Source of the DNA: Marsupella aquatica
Lineage: Eukaryota; Plantae; Marchantiophyta
Direction: 5' to 3'
Assembly: GCA_973895155.1 (NCBI GenBank)
Contig: OZ316892.1
Coordinates: 15,244,861-15,308,860, forward strand
DNA: 64,000 nt
Both the position numbers and the translations under genes were made by a program. Below, in pieces: positions 50,470-61,671 of this stretch; position 1 is the first letter of the stretch; each line of letters opens with the position of its first letter. The notes below the pieces were generated by a model that saw nothing but the letters and a program-made list of their open reading frames with translations, was not told the origin of the DNA and did not search any database.

Positions 50470-53080
50470 CATCTTCCAACAAGTTACAATGGAGACAAGG
50501 TGTATGAGCTTCCTCCGGTGGATTCAAGATTTGGTCATGGTCAAGGGCTTCTTGACATGGACTGTGACAATGACGGCTACCCTTGGACCCAATTGGTCAG
50601 TACTTCAACTAACGTGAAGCCACATAATCACTGGTCTATTTTCAAGGTCTATTGCAGTGGTGTTGTGCAGTGTCAAATTTGAATTGTTCAAGAATCAAGG
50701 AGAGGGGAGTGAAGAATGAAGTGGCACTTCCAAAAAGATCACTTCTTACCAATGCCTTCCAACCAAGAAGCCTGGTCTTGGAAGGAGGTTTGGTTTGTGG
50801 CTTTTGTGACGAGACCTTTTTGTGTGAGGCCATGTCCAACAAAGATGTTTTATGTGTATGCAAAGCCTACTTTGAACTCAATTTTTCACAACACATGTCT
50901 TGACTCGCGGTGCATATGGGAGTTCATGATCATCTGATCTGGACCGAGAAGTGTTGAATTTCCAAGGAAAAAGTGGAAGGAGGTTATTCAAGGTGTTCAG
51001 TTAGCTCATCCCTTAGCAACACCTTCTCGGGTGAAGAATATTTCAATAGGTACATTGATATCGCTTCTTCATCTTGAGGCATGCCATGATCTTTCTGGGG
51101 ATCTCTCAAAAGAAGAGGAGGTGGAACTCAATGAAAGTTGTGTCTTCATTTGAAAAATTCCATGCAATTTTTGGAGTGTGAAAATTGGGAATCCCAAGAA
51201 AGGTGAGTTGGATTTGCTTCATGACATGCAAAGGCCCGTGAGATTTTCAATCCTACAGCGGTTCATGTTCCCCGGCCAGGCTGGCAAGTCCATTTGGGCG
51301 CATGTATTCAAGATGAGTACCAAGGGTCCGGATCCGGAGTTGACATTCTCAATTGGATGCAGTCGCAAAACTCAACTACCTTAACACTTAGCTCCGCGCG
51401 TCGCTAACTCCGACGCTGAGTTCCCTAATGGTCCAGACTCGGATAGGTCATCCAGGGAGGACTTATATAGCATGGGGAGACTTGTGGGCAATAGGGGGTG
51501 GCACTGGCGAAGACCAAACGCTAAGCTAGTGACACACACTAAGGACTTAGACTACTTGAGGGTTGGTCAGGTCAAGGGGAAAAGGGCCAGGCTCAAGGTT
51601 GACTGTCCGGACCCCCGGACGGACTTTGAGTTCTGAGGGCTTGAGTGAGAGCTCCTTTTGGGCCCAAGGCCAATGGACTTGACTCCATGGGCAACTTAAC
51701 GGACGCTTGGGGCGCAAGTTATGGCCCAATTCGGATTTGGTCGATCGAGGGCCTTGGGCGACAATGGGATCTGAGGGCCTAGACATGAGCACTTGGTCGG
51801 CCCAATCACAATGGGCTAAGTCACTCCACTTTTAGACCCCGTTGCGGACGCCTAACTAGAAAGTTATGGACATTGTCAGTTCGTGGCGCGCCCAAACATG
51901 CGGGTTGGGGCCCAGGTGGGGGGCCAAAATTTGGGGACCAAAGTTGGTCCGGGTGGCATGTCTCCATAAGCATATATGAGGGGAGTGGTGTCTCCATGGG
52001 GGCTAAGGGTGAGCCAAAGTCGTGAGCCACGGCAATCGCAATACTAAGGGAAAACGTCAAACGGAAATGGCGATTACTTCTCAATGAGAAGTCCGTTGGG
52101 GAACTTCTTGGGTGCATTGGAAATCTCTCAATGAGGGCTACATCCTTTTGAGCTCAGATGGGGTGCCATAGGTTCTCGGGGCTCGCGGGGGCTATCTCGC
52201 TTGCTTGCCAAATTTTGTCAAAATAGTAGCCAAGCTGCGTTCAGTCTCTCAAGGGAGCTTACATTGGGGAGGCAAGGCCAAGTAGGCGTGGAGGTTGATT
52301 TCCAAAGGCACTTGGCCCTTAGACCATTAGTGAGGCAAGAAATGGGAGTTGGTTGCTATAGTTGGGGCCATTCTGGTCCCTACGTGTTGGGACAAGCTTA
52401 GCATAAAATTTACGACAAGCTACGCTATTTGGGCCATGAGCATGTCCTGGGGGCAGGGCGGTCAGTTGGTGATGGATTGGTACAATGGGGAACCCGGGCT
52501 GCACCCAAGGAAGGAACTGTTATGGATAAACAGTGGGTGTCGGTTCTGGTTCCGACTTATGGCATCGGGAGGACCTATCACTGACCTAGTTACCAATGTC
52601 TATTGAGCTTGAGTTAGGATGCTAGACTTTGGAGATCTAGATCCTAAAGGGTTACTTATCGAGATGTTTGGTTGCTTGTGCAGACAGTGAGGTCCGTTGA
52701 GTAGCAGTCGGGGTAGCAATCCAATTTAAGGGCAAGCGCAGCTTTGTATGGGAGGGGCTACAAGCGGTGCAAGGGACACCAGGTTGCTTGCCCAAGGTAT
52801 TCCGTGGAGGCGTTTGGGCACCAGGGTCACTTAGGCCCGGGTGTTGGGATGGTGAGGGCACTGGGTGGCAAGGTCCACCACTGATGCAAAAAGGTGGAAT
52901 TTTAGAGGGAGCTTGGGTGAGTTTTGATGTGCTACACAGAATAACTATAGGTTAGTTAACTTTTAGTCCTCATGTCTACAATCACACTTATTGCGCTTTT
53001 GTACTATCTTCACTTGTGAATTGATTGAAAGTTGAGGATGTTGAATCACTGCAAACTACATGGCGTTTAATGTTGGAAGT
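50470..53080 (+). pseudogene. Decayed DNA-transposase-like gene interrupted by a solo LTR
   Basis: Translates with lesions as HLPTSYNGDKVYELPP..DMDCDNDGYPW..VYCSG..C.NLNC..VCGFC..AVHMGVHDH..FPGQ..VFKMSTKGPGSGVDILNWM|QKGGILEGAWVSFDVLHRI..HVYNHTYC..LKVEDVES. The frame continues across the solo LTR. Family assignment (MULE/SWIM-like, moss/fern type) is from memory. Confidence 0.65.
51361..52882 (+). mobile_element. Solo LTR of the AGT...ACT chromovirus family
   Basis: Colinear with the reverse complement of 29321-30814. Starts AGTCGCAAAAC and ends GGTCCACCACT. TSD GATGC at 51356-51360 and 52883-52887. No PBS or PPT. Confidence 0.93.
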
Positions 53081-54016
53081 TGCTTTGATAACGATATTTG
53101 CAATGTTGATTGTCACGCGATTGACAGAGGTCTTAACACCAAAAATATCACTATTGGGTGCCAAAACCATCTCCTTGTACCTGAGGATCATGAAGGGATG
53201 CTGTGAAGGCCGGTAAACACTAGTTTATGCCCTTAACACCAGACTATCATAGCAAGACTTTGTCACACATCACCCAAGCTCAATCCCTAGGAACCAAGGT
53301 TGGGAATCAGATCCTGTGCTCATGATAGTTCTGGTGAGAAGAGATCTTCATATTGGGCCCATACACACAGGGCCTAGCGCTACGGTGCGCATATGTCTAT
53401 ACGTATGCTTACTGTCATAGGTATATTTTTATTCCACCGCTGTCATGAGGTTTTCTTCCTAAGGGAGAAATCCTCATGTTTAGCTTGTGCAAAAGAAGAG
53501 AAAGAAAAATATTAAAAACATGCAACTTTTGCATTTTTTTGTGGATAGACAAGTAAATAATGGTGATACAAGTATAATGTAGAACCAATAAGGAGGTAGT
53601 TGGTAGGTCCTACATGGTTGGATTCCATGTTTCTTCCTTTTTTTACTAAAGTTAAGTTTGACCAAAATGGGCTAATAATAGAATTTTTTTTGCATTTCTT
53701 ACTATTTTTAGTAACAAAAAATGGGAGCAAATTGGCAAGATTAGTTTGGCCAATGGGATCATTAACAGGAATTTAAGATCCAATGGCAAAGAAGATAGAG
53801 CCACTTCATATTTTTGCTTACTAGCTTAGTAATGGGTATTTATTTATCCACTAATTATGTACAAAGCTTATTTTTTTGGAGAAAATAGGATTATTTGGAG
53901 TAATTTAACCACGGTTAAGTACCTAGCTAGGGAGGTGGCAAGCTTGGGTTTGAAGTTCAAAGGAGAGGATCAAAGATGACTTGTTGGCTACCTCCTATTC
54001 ACTTAGATCTTACTCA

Positions 54017-54280
54017 AGTTAAAATGCTAGTTAAACCGATAAGGTGGGAGTTTCCGGTTTGCAAGCAAATGAAGGGGAGACAATTGTTAGGTGGCATGTG
54101 CAAGAAATAGGGCTCGAGCTTTGGAGTGCAAGACAAGCTTGGGTAGGTGAAGAGAAGGGTTATGGCGTGGTACTAATGACCACCCCTTCTTACCAGAGTT
54201 AAAAGAGTTGTTAAACCGGTAAGGTGGTAGTTTCCGGTTTGCAAACAAATGAAGGGGACACAAGTGCTGGTGTTGGCATG
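54017..54280. repeat. Direct repeat with ~180-bp period in degraded repeat DNA
   Basis: gttaaaccg(a/g)taaggtgg(g/t)agtttccggtttgcaa(g/a)caaatgaagggga occurs at ~54030 and ~54210. Confidence 0.75.
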
Positions 54281-55788
54281 GCTAAGGGTGAAGCTCAAGC
54301 TTGAGTATGACAACTCAAGCTAGGAGACAAGGTCGAGCCTTGCCTTGGTGGTGGGCTACTATTTATGGAGGTTAACCAGGTGGTTGAGTTCATAGAGGTG
54401 GCAAAAGCTAGTTGAACTGCAAGTTAGGCCTTGACAAGTGTTGGGGAGGCTTGGAGGGTGGTTGGAGCTCGAGTTCAGGTTGGATTGAGATTGGTCCATG
54501 GTTTTTCTGTTGTCTGGTCCTTTTTTGCTCAAGATTCACTTGGATTTAGTGCTTGGTTTATGGTGAAGAGGTGGTGGGCAGTTGTTGGGCTGCTAGTGAA
54601 TTGCTGCCAAGTGCTTGGTTGGTGTGAAGTGGGATGGAGGAGGAAGTTGCAAGTTCTGATGCGGGAGGCAGGTCAAGGGCTTAAGGGAGAGCTTGAAGGG
54701 AATGAGGGCATCATTCTTCATTCTCACTTTCTCAGAGTTGAGAGTTTGGAGGTGGGGAAGAGAGATATTGTCATGATTGTGAGTAAAAGAGCCATAGCTC
54801 CTCTCTTCTAGGTGCCTAATGTTTGAAGGGCCTAGTTGAGAGTTGGGAGGTAGTTTCTTTGATGGAATAGGGACCTGGGGAAGTAGATGTGAAGGAATTG
54901 GGCTTATGTGTGCTTGGAGGTGTGTTGCCTAACCTTGAGTGCAGCTGCCTTGGTAATCTACCGGTGTGGATTTGTCTTGCCTTGGGGGTCTATGTAGCTT
55001 GGAAGGGGCACCTTTGTTGCAATCCTTACCCAATATCTAGAACATTGAAGGTAAGGTGGAAATTATTGGCTTCACTCTTGTGCGGAAGCGCTGACCAATT
55101 TTCCACTCAGTTTGGGAGAAGGAACATTGAAGGATGATAAGTAAGGAGTATGAAAGGGGAAGAGCTTTTCTCCATGGTTGAGGCTTTGCTTGCTTGAGAG
55201 TTGAAGTTCTTGAAGTTGTTATGATGGTGTAGGACAAGAGTAGATAGGCTATTTCGAAGCCTTGTTTTTGATAGACTTGTTGGAGGGGTTGAGATGCAAT
55301 CTTATACATACTACTTGGTGTTACTTGCTAGGAGGGTCTTGAATTGATGGAGACCTACTTTTGACTTAGAAAAACCTATAGGTATTGATTATTGAGGAGA
55401 AGTTGTCCTCAATTTTGTAAATGGATGAGTTACTTTGCTTTGGCTATGGATGAGGTGGATAATTTTGTGATGCTTGGTTGATTAGAAGTCTTGTTGCTTA
55501 GAGTTGTCTTGTTGGTAACCGTCTACTATCTCAAGCAGCCATACACCCAACGTGTTTCTCAAGACCTTTCCCACCTTTTTGTTTATCCTCGGGACACCAT
55601 TGGAATGTACACATAAACCAGTGACTCCTGACTGATTCCTGGCTTAGGGACTTCTAAGCCATTGCCCCACCACTCAGCCATGCCACTCTAAGCAATCAGA
55701 GCTGTGATAGCCCTCATCCAACCCACTTCAATGCACCCGGTACACCTCTCAGTGGCGCTGCTAGTCTCATCATATACTCAGATTGCCT

Positions 55789-55808
55789 CACACACACACA
55801 CACACACA
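55789..55808. repeat. (CA)n microsatellite
   Basis: Run of about 10 CA units. Confidence 0.85.
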
Positions 55809-57499
55809 TCCATGAGAGAAATGAGGCTTGAGAGGAAAACTCAATTAGATTCAAACATGTGCACAATAGTTCATTGAGAACACTTGATCCAAACACTAGG
55901 CCCAAAGGCTATCTCCTCTAGATAGCGACGTGCTTGCCCTGTAAGCTCAATCCTGAACCTGAGCCCGGCTCACTCCAGATTATGATGGAAGATTGGACTT
56001 GAACTAATCCCATACTTGCCTTGCAAACTCAATCCTGAACTCAAGCTCCTTCACTGCACTTCATTCTTGGGGGCACGTACAGATCTCACACCTCCATTTC
56101 AGAATATCAAGTTACGCATGCACAGTTGACTCGACTTCAAAGCTGGTACCAAGCCTAACGACGATCTACCCCAGACTATAATGAGGCCTGGCCTCATGCT
56201 TGCCCTGCAAGCTCAGCTCTGGCCATAAATCCCTTAGTGCTCTCTACCAAACAAAAGTCGGGACTCCCCATGGATCACGTAGTCTTGCCAGACTAAACTG
56301 TAAATGCTCCTCCTATTGCCCCGCAATCAATATCTCAATGAACCCCCCTAATGTGCTCACCGCAAATCAAATTGAAATCCTCCCCACAGTTTACAATCAC
56401 CAATACATCACCTATCACCAAGGCTCTGTATCGGGGGAAAAGAACCCAAGTGTGTTGCCCACTAGAAAGAGCCACAATCCAGCTTGCAAACTTGGCCAAC
56501 TGTTATTGTGAAGCGTGGTTGATTACTCCCTGAGTCATAGCACAACCAAGCTCTCCCAAGCACATAGCTTCCGAGCCCAGCCTTCCTTGCACAAAGCTCC
56601 TCCCTACTGCTCAATCTACGTGAGATCACACAGTTGAAGTCCCCCCCCTTGCCTCTACCGGGGGATGCTCTATATACTCTCACATTGAGCCCAAATGGGT
56701 AGATGCTACACTGTTGGAGCCCCATCCCAGCCCTAATAGAGCCGCCACCATCTCTAACTACTGAACCGTAACTTGTAGCTTTATTTCTATCTCGAATTGG
56801 CTATGTACTTCAGATTTGACAGTCTCACTAGTAGCAGTAGGTGGCATGGTCTTCACTGCTTCTGCATGGGAAGCAACAATTGGAGTGTCCTCATAGAGTG
56901 TAGCTGCCAATCTGAACACTTCTGTAGGACCAATTCCCAAGTTCAGCATGTTTGTCGCTGAAAATAATGGGGTGCATACTATGGCAGTAGCCGCCCCCAG
57001 CAAGGTACCTATCATCCCTACTGCATCACTACCTGATTCTGTCAACTTACCCTGACTAGGGTTTGTCTAAACCGGGTTCATAGAGGCAGTGTGCACTGTC
57101 TCTGACAATGTGAAAGATTGGGGAAGCTTTGTCTGCCAGCGTGCATTCCCCCTCTGTGGATCTAGCTCCACTATTGCTCCTCGGGGCTCAAGAGCTTTGG
57201 CTGCCCCACGTGTCAAAGGTGCTGATGCATCAATATGTGCAGTGCCACACATGAATCCTATGGTGGTAAGATCTCCATCAGCTCCATAAGATGTGGAAGG
57301 ACCATGGGATATGGAAGGTCCATAGGATGTAGATGCCCCACATTAGCAGTTGTTTTCACCCTTTTTGAGCACATTGAGCTCAATATGGTGAATGAGAAGG
57401 TGGTGACTTCCGGATTTGCCAAGGAAGCACCAAAGGCTGCATCTACATCCACACCACAGCCTACTGCATGAGAGTCTACCAGCCAAAGACCTGTGCCCT

Positions 57500-57906
57500 T
57501 TTGTGCTGGATAGCAGTCAGGATGTTGGACCTGTGGTGGGGATCATGCACAGAGATATTGCCCAGATCATAGAGGATCAGGGGGACCATCAACGCCTGAT
57601 CAGCAACAGTGTGATCATTGTGGAGCTCTCGGACACACCAAGGATAGGTGTTTCTCACTCCATCCTGAGTTACAAAGAGGAGGATCCCGTATACATGATC
57701 AGGGAAGAGGAGGAGGAGGTAGAGGTGGTGGACGTGGTCGTGGCAGGCCACATGTAGGGAGACAGGGAGGTGACGTTGCCCCTGCTATAACCATAGATCC
57801 AAAGGATGCTAAGATTGCTTAATTGGAGCAACAGCTAGGTGCCATGGCTAGTTCCCAGGTGAGACCTACTTCTGGTGATGGGGCTCACTTGCACCCGACC
57901 TCCTGA
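57500..57906 (+). pseudogene. Retrotransposon gag nucleocapsid remnant (two zinc knuckles plus RGG)
   Basis: Manual frame CWTCGGDHAQRYCP...QCDHCGALGHTKDRCFSLHPELQRGG...GRGGGGRGGGRGRGR...KIA*LEQQLGAMASS; this frame is not in the ORF track. Confidence 0.75.
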
Positions 57907-58253
57907 TCTTCACACTTAAAAAGGTGTATATCAGTCTTGTAGAACTCATGGCTAGCTAGAATTAGGGGACCTTACTCCCAACTAGGGGGGCGATTGTGGG
58001 TTTTGGACATGTGTGGACATGAGTTCCACTTGTATTCCATTCTCTTGTGTTTGTGATGTGGCAGTGTGACTATGTTTGGATGTATGTGATAAGCGATGTA
58101 TGTTGTGTAGCAATGTGTATGCGCATGACAAATTCTTAGATGCCCACCTAGGGAGATATTTCCTACTGTTGAGGAATTGATACGTACACAGACCTCTATC
58201 TCCACAGAATACTTATAAATGGGAGAATTTTGCATATAGTCCTGATTCAAACT

Positions 58254-59310
58254 ATGAGCCTACTGAAGGACCTCTACTCCATCACTACCGTCCTGAACAA
58301 AGATTTTCTAGGGATAGCTCCCTTTTCTGAAGATTTTGATCCCCCTTCAGATGGTGAATCATTTCCACCTTATGACATACCTATATCTAGTTCACCAAAT
58401 CAGGGATTTGAGGGAGTTGATGCTGCATGCACTTAGGTCTAACCCTAATATGGTAGTAGTTGTCACCTCTTCTACTCAAATACCCAGGAATGCCCTTATA
58501 CAATGAATGGAACCTAGGAAACCCAAAGAGCAAGTCCAAAGATATGTAACTATTTGCAAGATCATCCAAGCAAATATGCCACCTATTAATGAGTTATGGA
58601 GATTCTACCACCTGAAGAAAACAGAGGCCAATTATATTTTTGATCTCAAGACCATGAGTGCTTCCTGATTGGAGTTGTCTCAATTTGATGAACATTAGAC
58701 AGACTCATTCTACTTCAGACCTATTCTTGCCATTATGTTCCTACAAGGAGATTTAGAAGTGGAAGATCCTGATTTGATCTTGGCATACCTCGGCAACATT
58801 GCAGCTTACTCTCTAGACTTCATCATCATGTTTCTCAAAGAGAGCAAGAAGTCCACCACTACTGATTGTGACTTCATCCCTATAGCTCCCCTTACTATGA
58901 CGAGCACTTTGGCACAGGAACAGAGGATCTGGAATAACATCACCACTCAACAACTTGCTCAGTTCAACCGGTACTTATAAGATGTACAGTGGAGGCTACA
59001 TCCCTTTTATTCCAGGATGTTAGATATTGAGACCTTTTTATCTCACTATCCATTAGTCTATGCTGACACTTGTAATCATTTGGATGTACTTGGAGCGCTC
59101 AGAGAAGCTTTTCAAATTGATAGATGCTATCTAGTGAGAAGAATGCCTCTCATGTATCATGAGAGACAAATTCAGTGTCTTCCTTACTCTTCACGTTACC
59201 CACATCAGGTAGAAATCATGGAAGCAACCCTCACTCGACTGTTGGAAACGTGGAGATACTCAAACCAGAGGACATTCGACAACAAAACACCTGAGGCGGA
59301 TCATTTCTAA
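58254..59310 (+). pseudogene. Degraded ORF of unknown function
   Basis: ORFs 58735-58980 and 59017-59310 are in the same frame, separated by one TAA. Upstream pieces from ~58254 also read as coding. No recognisable domain. Confidence 0.4.
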
Positions 59311-59952
59311 GTGTTGAATTACAATTTTAGTTTTAGTACATCTTTCCAATTTTATTTAGCATTTTCCATGACTCTAAAAAGTCTAAAACATGTTTAGTAG
59401 TTAGACTTTACATAGGAAAACCTACCCCCAAAGTTTTGGCATTAGTAGATTTTTATGTAGAAAGTTAAAAATAGTTAAAGTAGTTCAATTTTACTATCCC
59501 GCAAGTAAGAGTTTACGCGATTACATCTTTAAACACCTATTTAGTTAATAGTGTTACTTTTTCTTTCCAGAAATTCCCAAATGTATAATTATTAAATTAA
59601 TAATAATAAACAATTAATAATAATATTATTATATTAAAAAAGAATACATGACAATAGCAATAAAGTGTCTAAAGTTACCAACAAACACTACCATTTCATC
59701 ATTTTATTGGTAAACCCCAACTCTATAACAAAGGATGGAAATCATGTACTCTTAAGTATGAAAGATACTCATCCAAACACTAACAATTTTCTTTGAAACA
59801 CAATCACAATAAAATGCATGTATAAACACATTTTTATTTATCCAAAAACCAGTAGAGACAATAAACTAAGTAAAAATAGGATACTAAAATGCTACTTATA
59901 TTGTTTACATATATAAAACTCTATATCTATGCCCCACCAGAGTATCTAATTT

Positions 59953-60660
59953 TTATATTCCACCAAACTTGAATTCATATTCATTAAACCTTCTCAAATG
60001 TTCTATGTCACCCTTCTCTTTAATCCATCTACATTTCCATGAGTCCCTATTTTTTTGCCAATCTAGAGTCATTGATTGTTGCGACCAATCCGGATAGTTC
60101 ATCTCTATATAGTCACATGAGGAACAATTTGATTTGAAAAGTTTTGAAAGAAAAGGAATGAGTATATCCTTCAAAAACGAGTCTTCTTCATTACCCATAT
60201 AGGTAGGTGGGTATAAAGATGAGAAAAAGGGATTACATGAGGTCTTAAGGAGTGAATCATCCAAAAGAGTCACATTTCCCCTTATCTTGTGTGGCATTTG
60301 AATGAATACATCTGTGATGATTTTGGCATAAAGATCATTGGCGTTTTGATCCCGGCCAATCAGTTGTAATTTTTCTTTGCCAAAGGAGAATTTGAGAGAA
60401 AATCTTTCTTCCTTGTTGAGCACGAGACTCAAGTGCTGACCAAGGTCCCGTACTGGCATACACGACCAAACTCCTACATCAAAATATTTGAAACAGAAAT
60501 TCAAAAACTCATGCAAATATGGCCTGAGTACTATTGTTTTATTTTCCATGTTCAAACCCCTTGAGTTGTTGATAGTACAAGACGAAGATTGTGAATGGTA
60601 AAGAAGAAATCCATCCATGTCAATAACAAACAATCTTTTCGCCTTGGATAAATGCACCAC
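59953..60660 (-). CDS. FCP1/NIF (HAD-superfamily) phosphatase-like domain exon
   Basis: 'RLFVIDMDGFLL...LRPYLHEFLNFCFKYFDVGVWS...K.I..VF...NVTLLDDSLLKT..NP...LYPPTY' matches the FCP1-homology pattern; acceptor CAACAG|GTG at ~60660. Confidence 0.8.
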   Translation of the reverse strand: MVHLSKAKRLFVIDMDGFLLYHSQSSSCTINNSRGLNMENKTIVLRPYLHEFLNFCFKYFDVGVWSCMPVRDLGQHLSLVLNKEERFSLKFSFGKEKLQLIGRDQNANDLYAKIITDVFIQMPHKIRGNVTLLDDSLLKTSCNPFFSSLYPPTYMGNEEDSFLKDILIPFLSKLFKSNCSSCDYIEMNYPDWSQQSMTLDWQKNRDSWKCRWIKEKGDIEHLRRFNEYEFKFGGI

Positions 60661-60844
60661 CTGTTGATTGCAATAAAAAATCAATTAACACTAATATGAT
60701 GAAAAACATAAACTCAATTAGCCAAAATATATAACAAGAAAACAATTTAGAAGAATTGTATTCAAACAGAATTTATATAAATTGATATACTTTGTTTTCA
60801 AATGTATAATGACTCAAATGTTTTCCCATCAGCTAATTCCACTT

Positions 60845-61600
60845 CTATACTAAAAGAATATAAATACTAAATCTTTTTCTCCAACAATTGACAAACCACT
60901 TTTCTTCTATTTTAGGGTCTGTCACTCCAATGAACCTATATGGTTTTCCTAAACTCTCACAATCTGCAAACATTATCAAAAACATCCCACAATTGTGAGA
61001 ATCAGTTTGCTTGGGGATATTCTTGGGAGACAAATGCCTCCAACTGTAACTATTGATTGGCGCCAATTTTTGGGCACTAGCCTCATCCGCAATGTACCGT
61101 GCTAAGTTTAAGAGCACTTCAGGTTGTTCATTGTGGTAAGAGTCAAGATAGGTTAAAGTTCCATTCTTGAAGTCAATTACCCCTAGAGTCCAATGCACCC
61201 CGAGATGAATAGGAACAAGTATTTTGTCACAGTCAAAAATACTGTATCCTAAATTTGCGGACCACCGAGCCATTTTAGAGTTGTAGGAATAACCTTCTTC
61301 AGCAAGTTTAGTGTAGAACCAGGTATTGAAGAAATGACATCTTAATGATTTGCAAGACATAATTATTTCTCTGTCTTTCAACAAAATCATGTATGCGTTA
61401 ATAACATCCGACTTCAACCATTCTCTTGGGCAAAGACATCTCATTACTTTTCGAGTAATATTGAAATCTTTGATTGTTGTCGTAACCTCGTTCTGATCCA
61501 ATCTTGGGCTGAGGCAATTGTCTACAACAACCTCGCTACTTTTATCAACTCGAATAAGTATTATCTGCAAGCATCCAATTTCTTCTCATCAATTGATTCT
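60845..61600 (-). CDS. Ulp1/SENP-like C48 cysteine protease domain exon
   Basis: 'CLCPREWLKSDVINAYM...FFNTWFYTKL...DKILVPIHLGVHWTLGVIDF...YLDS...PKQTDSHNCGMF'; the catalytic His, Asp, Gln and Cys are all present. Confidence 0.92.
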
Positions 61601-61671
61601 CTATCAAAAAATCTTATGTTGTACATGTATTTAAACATTGTAGAAACAAATTTTAAATTTCATTGGTCATA

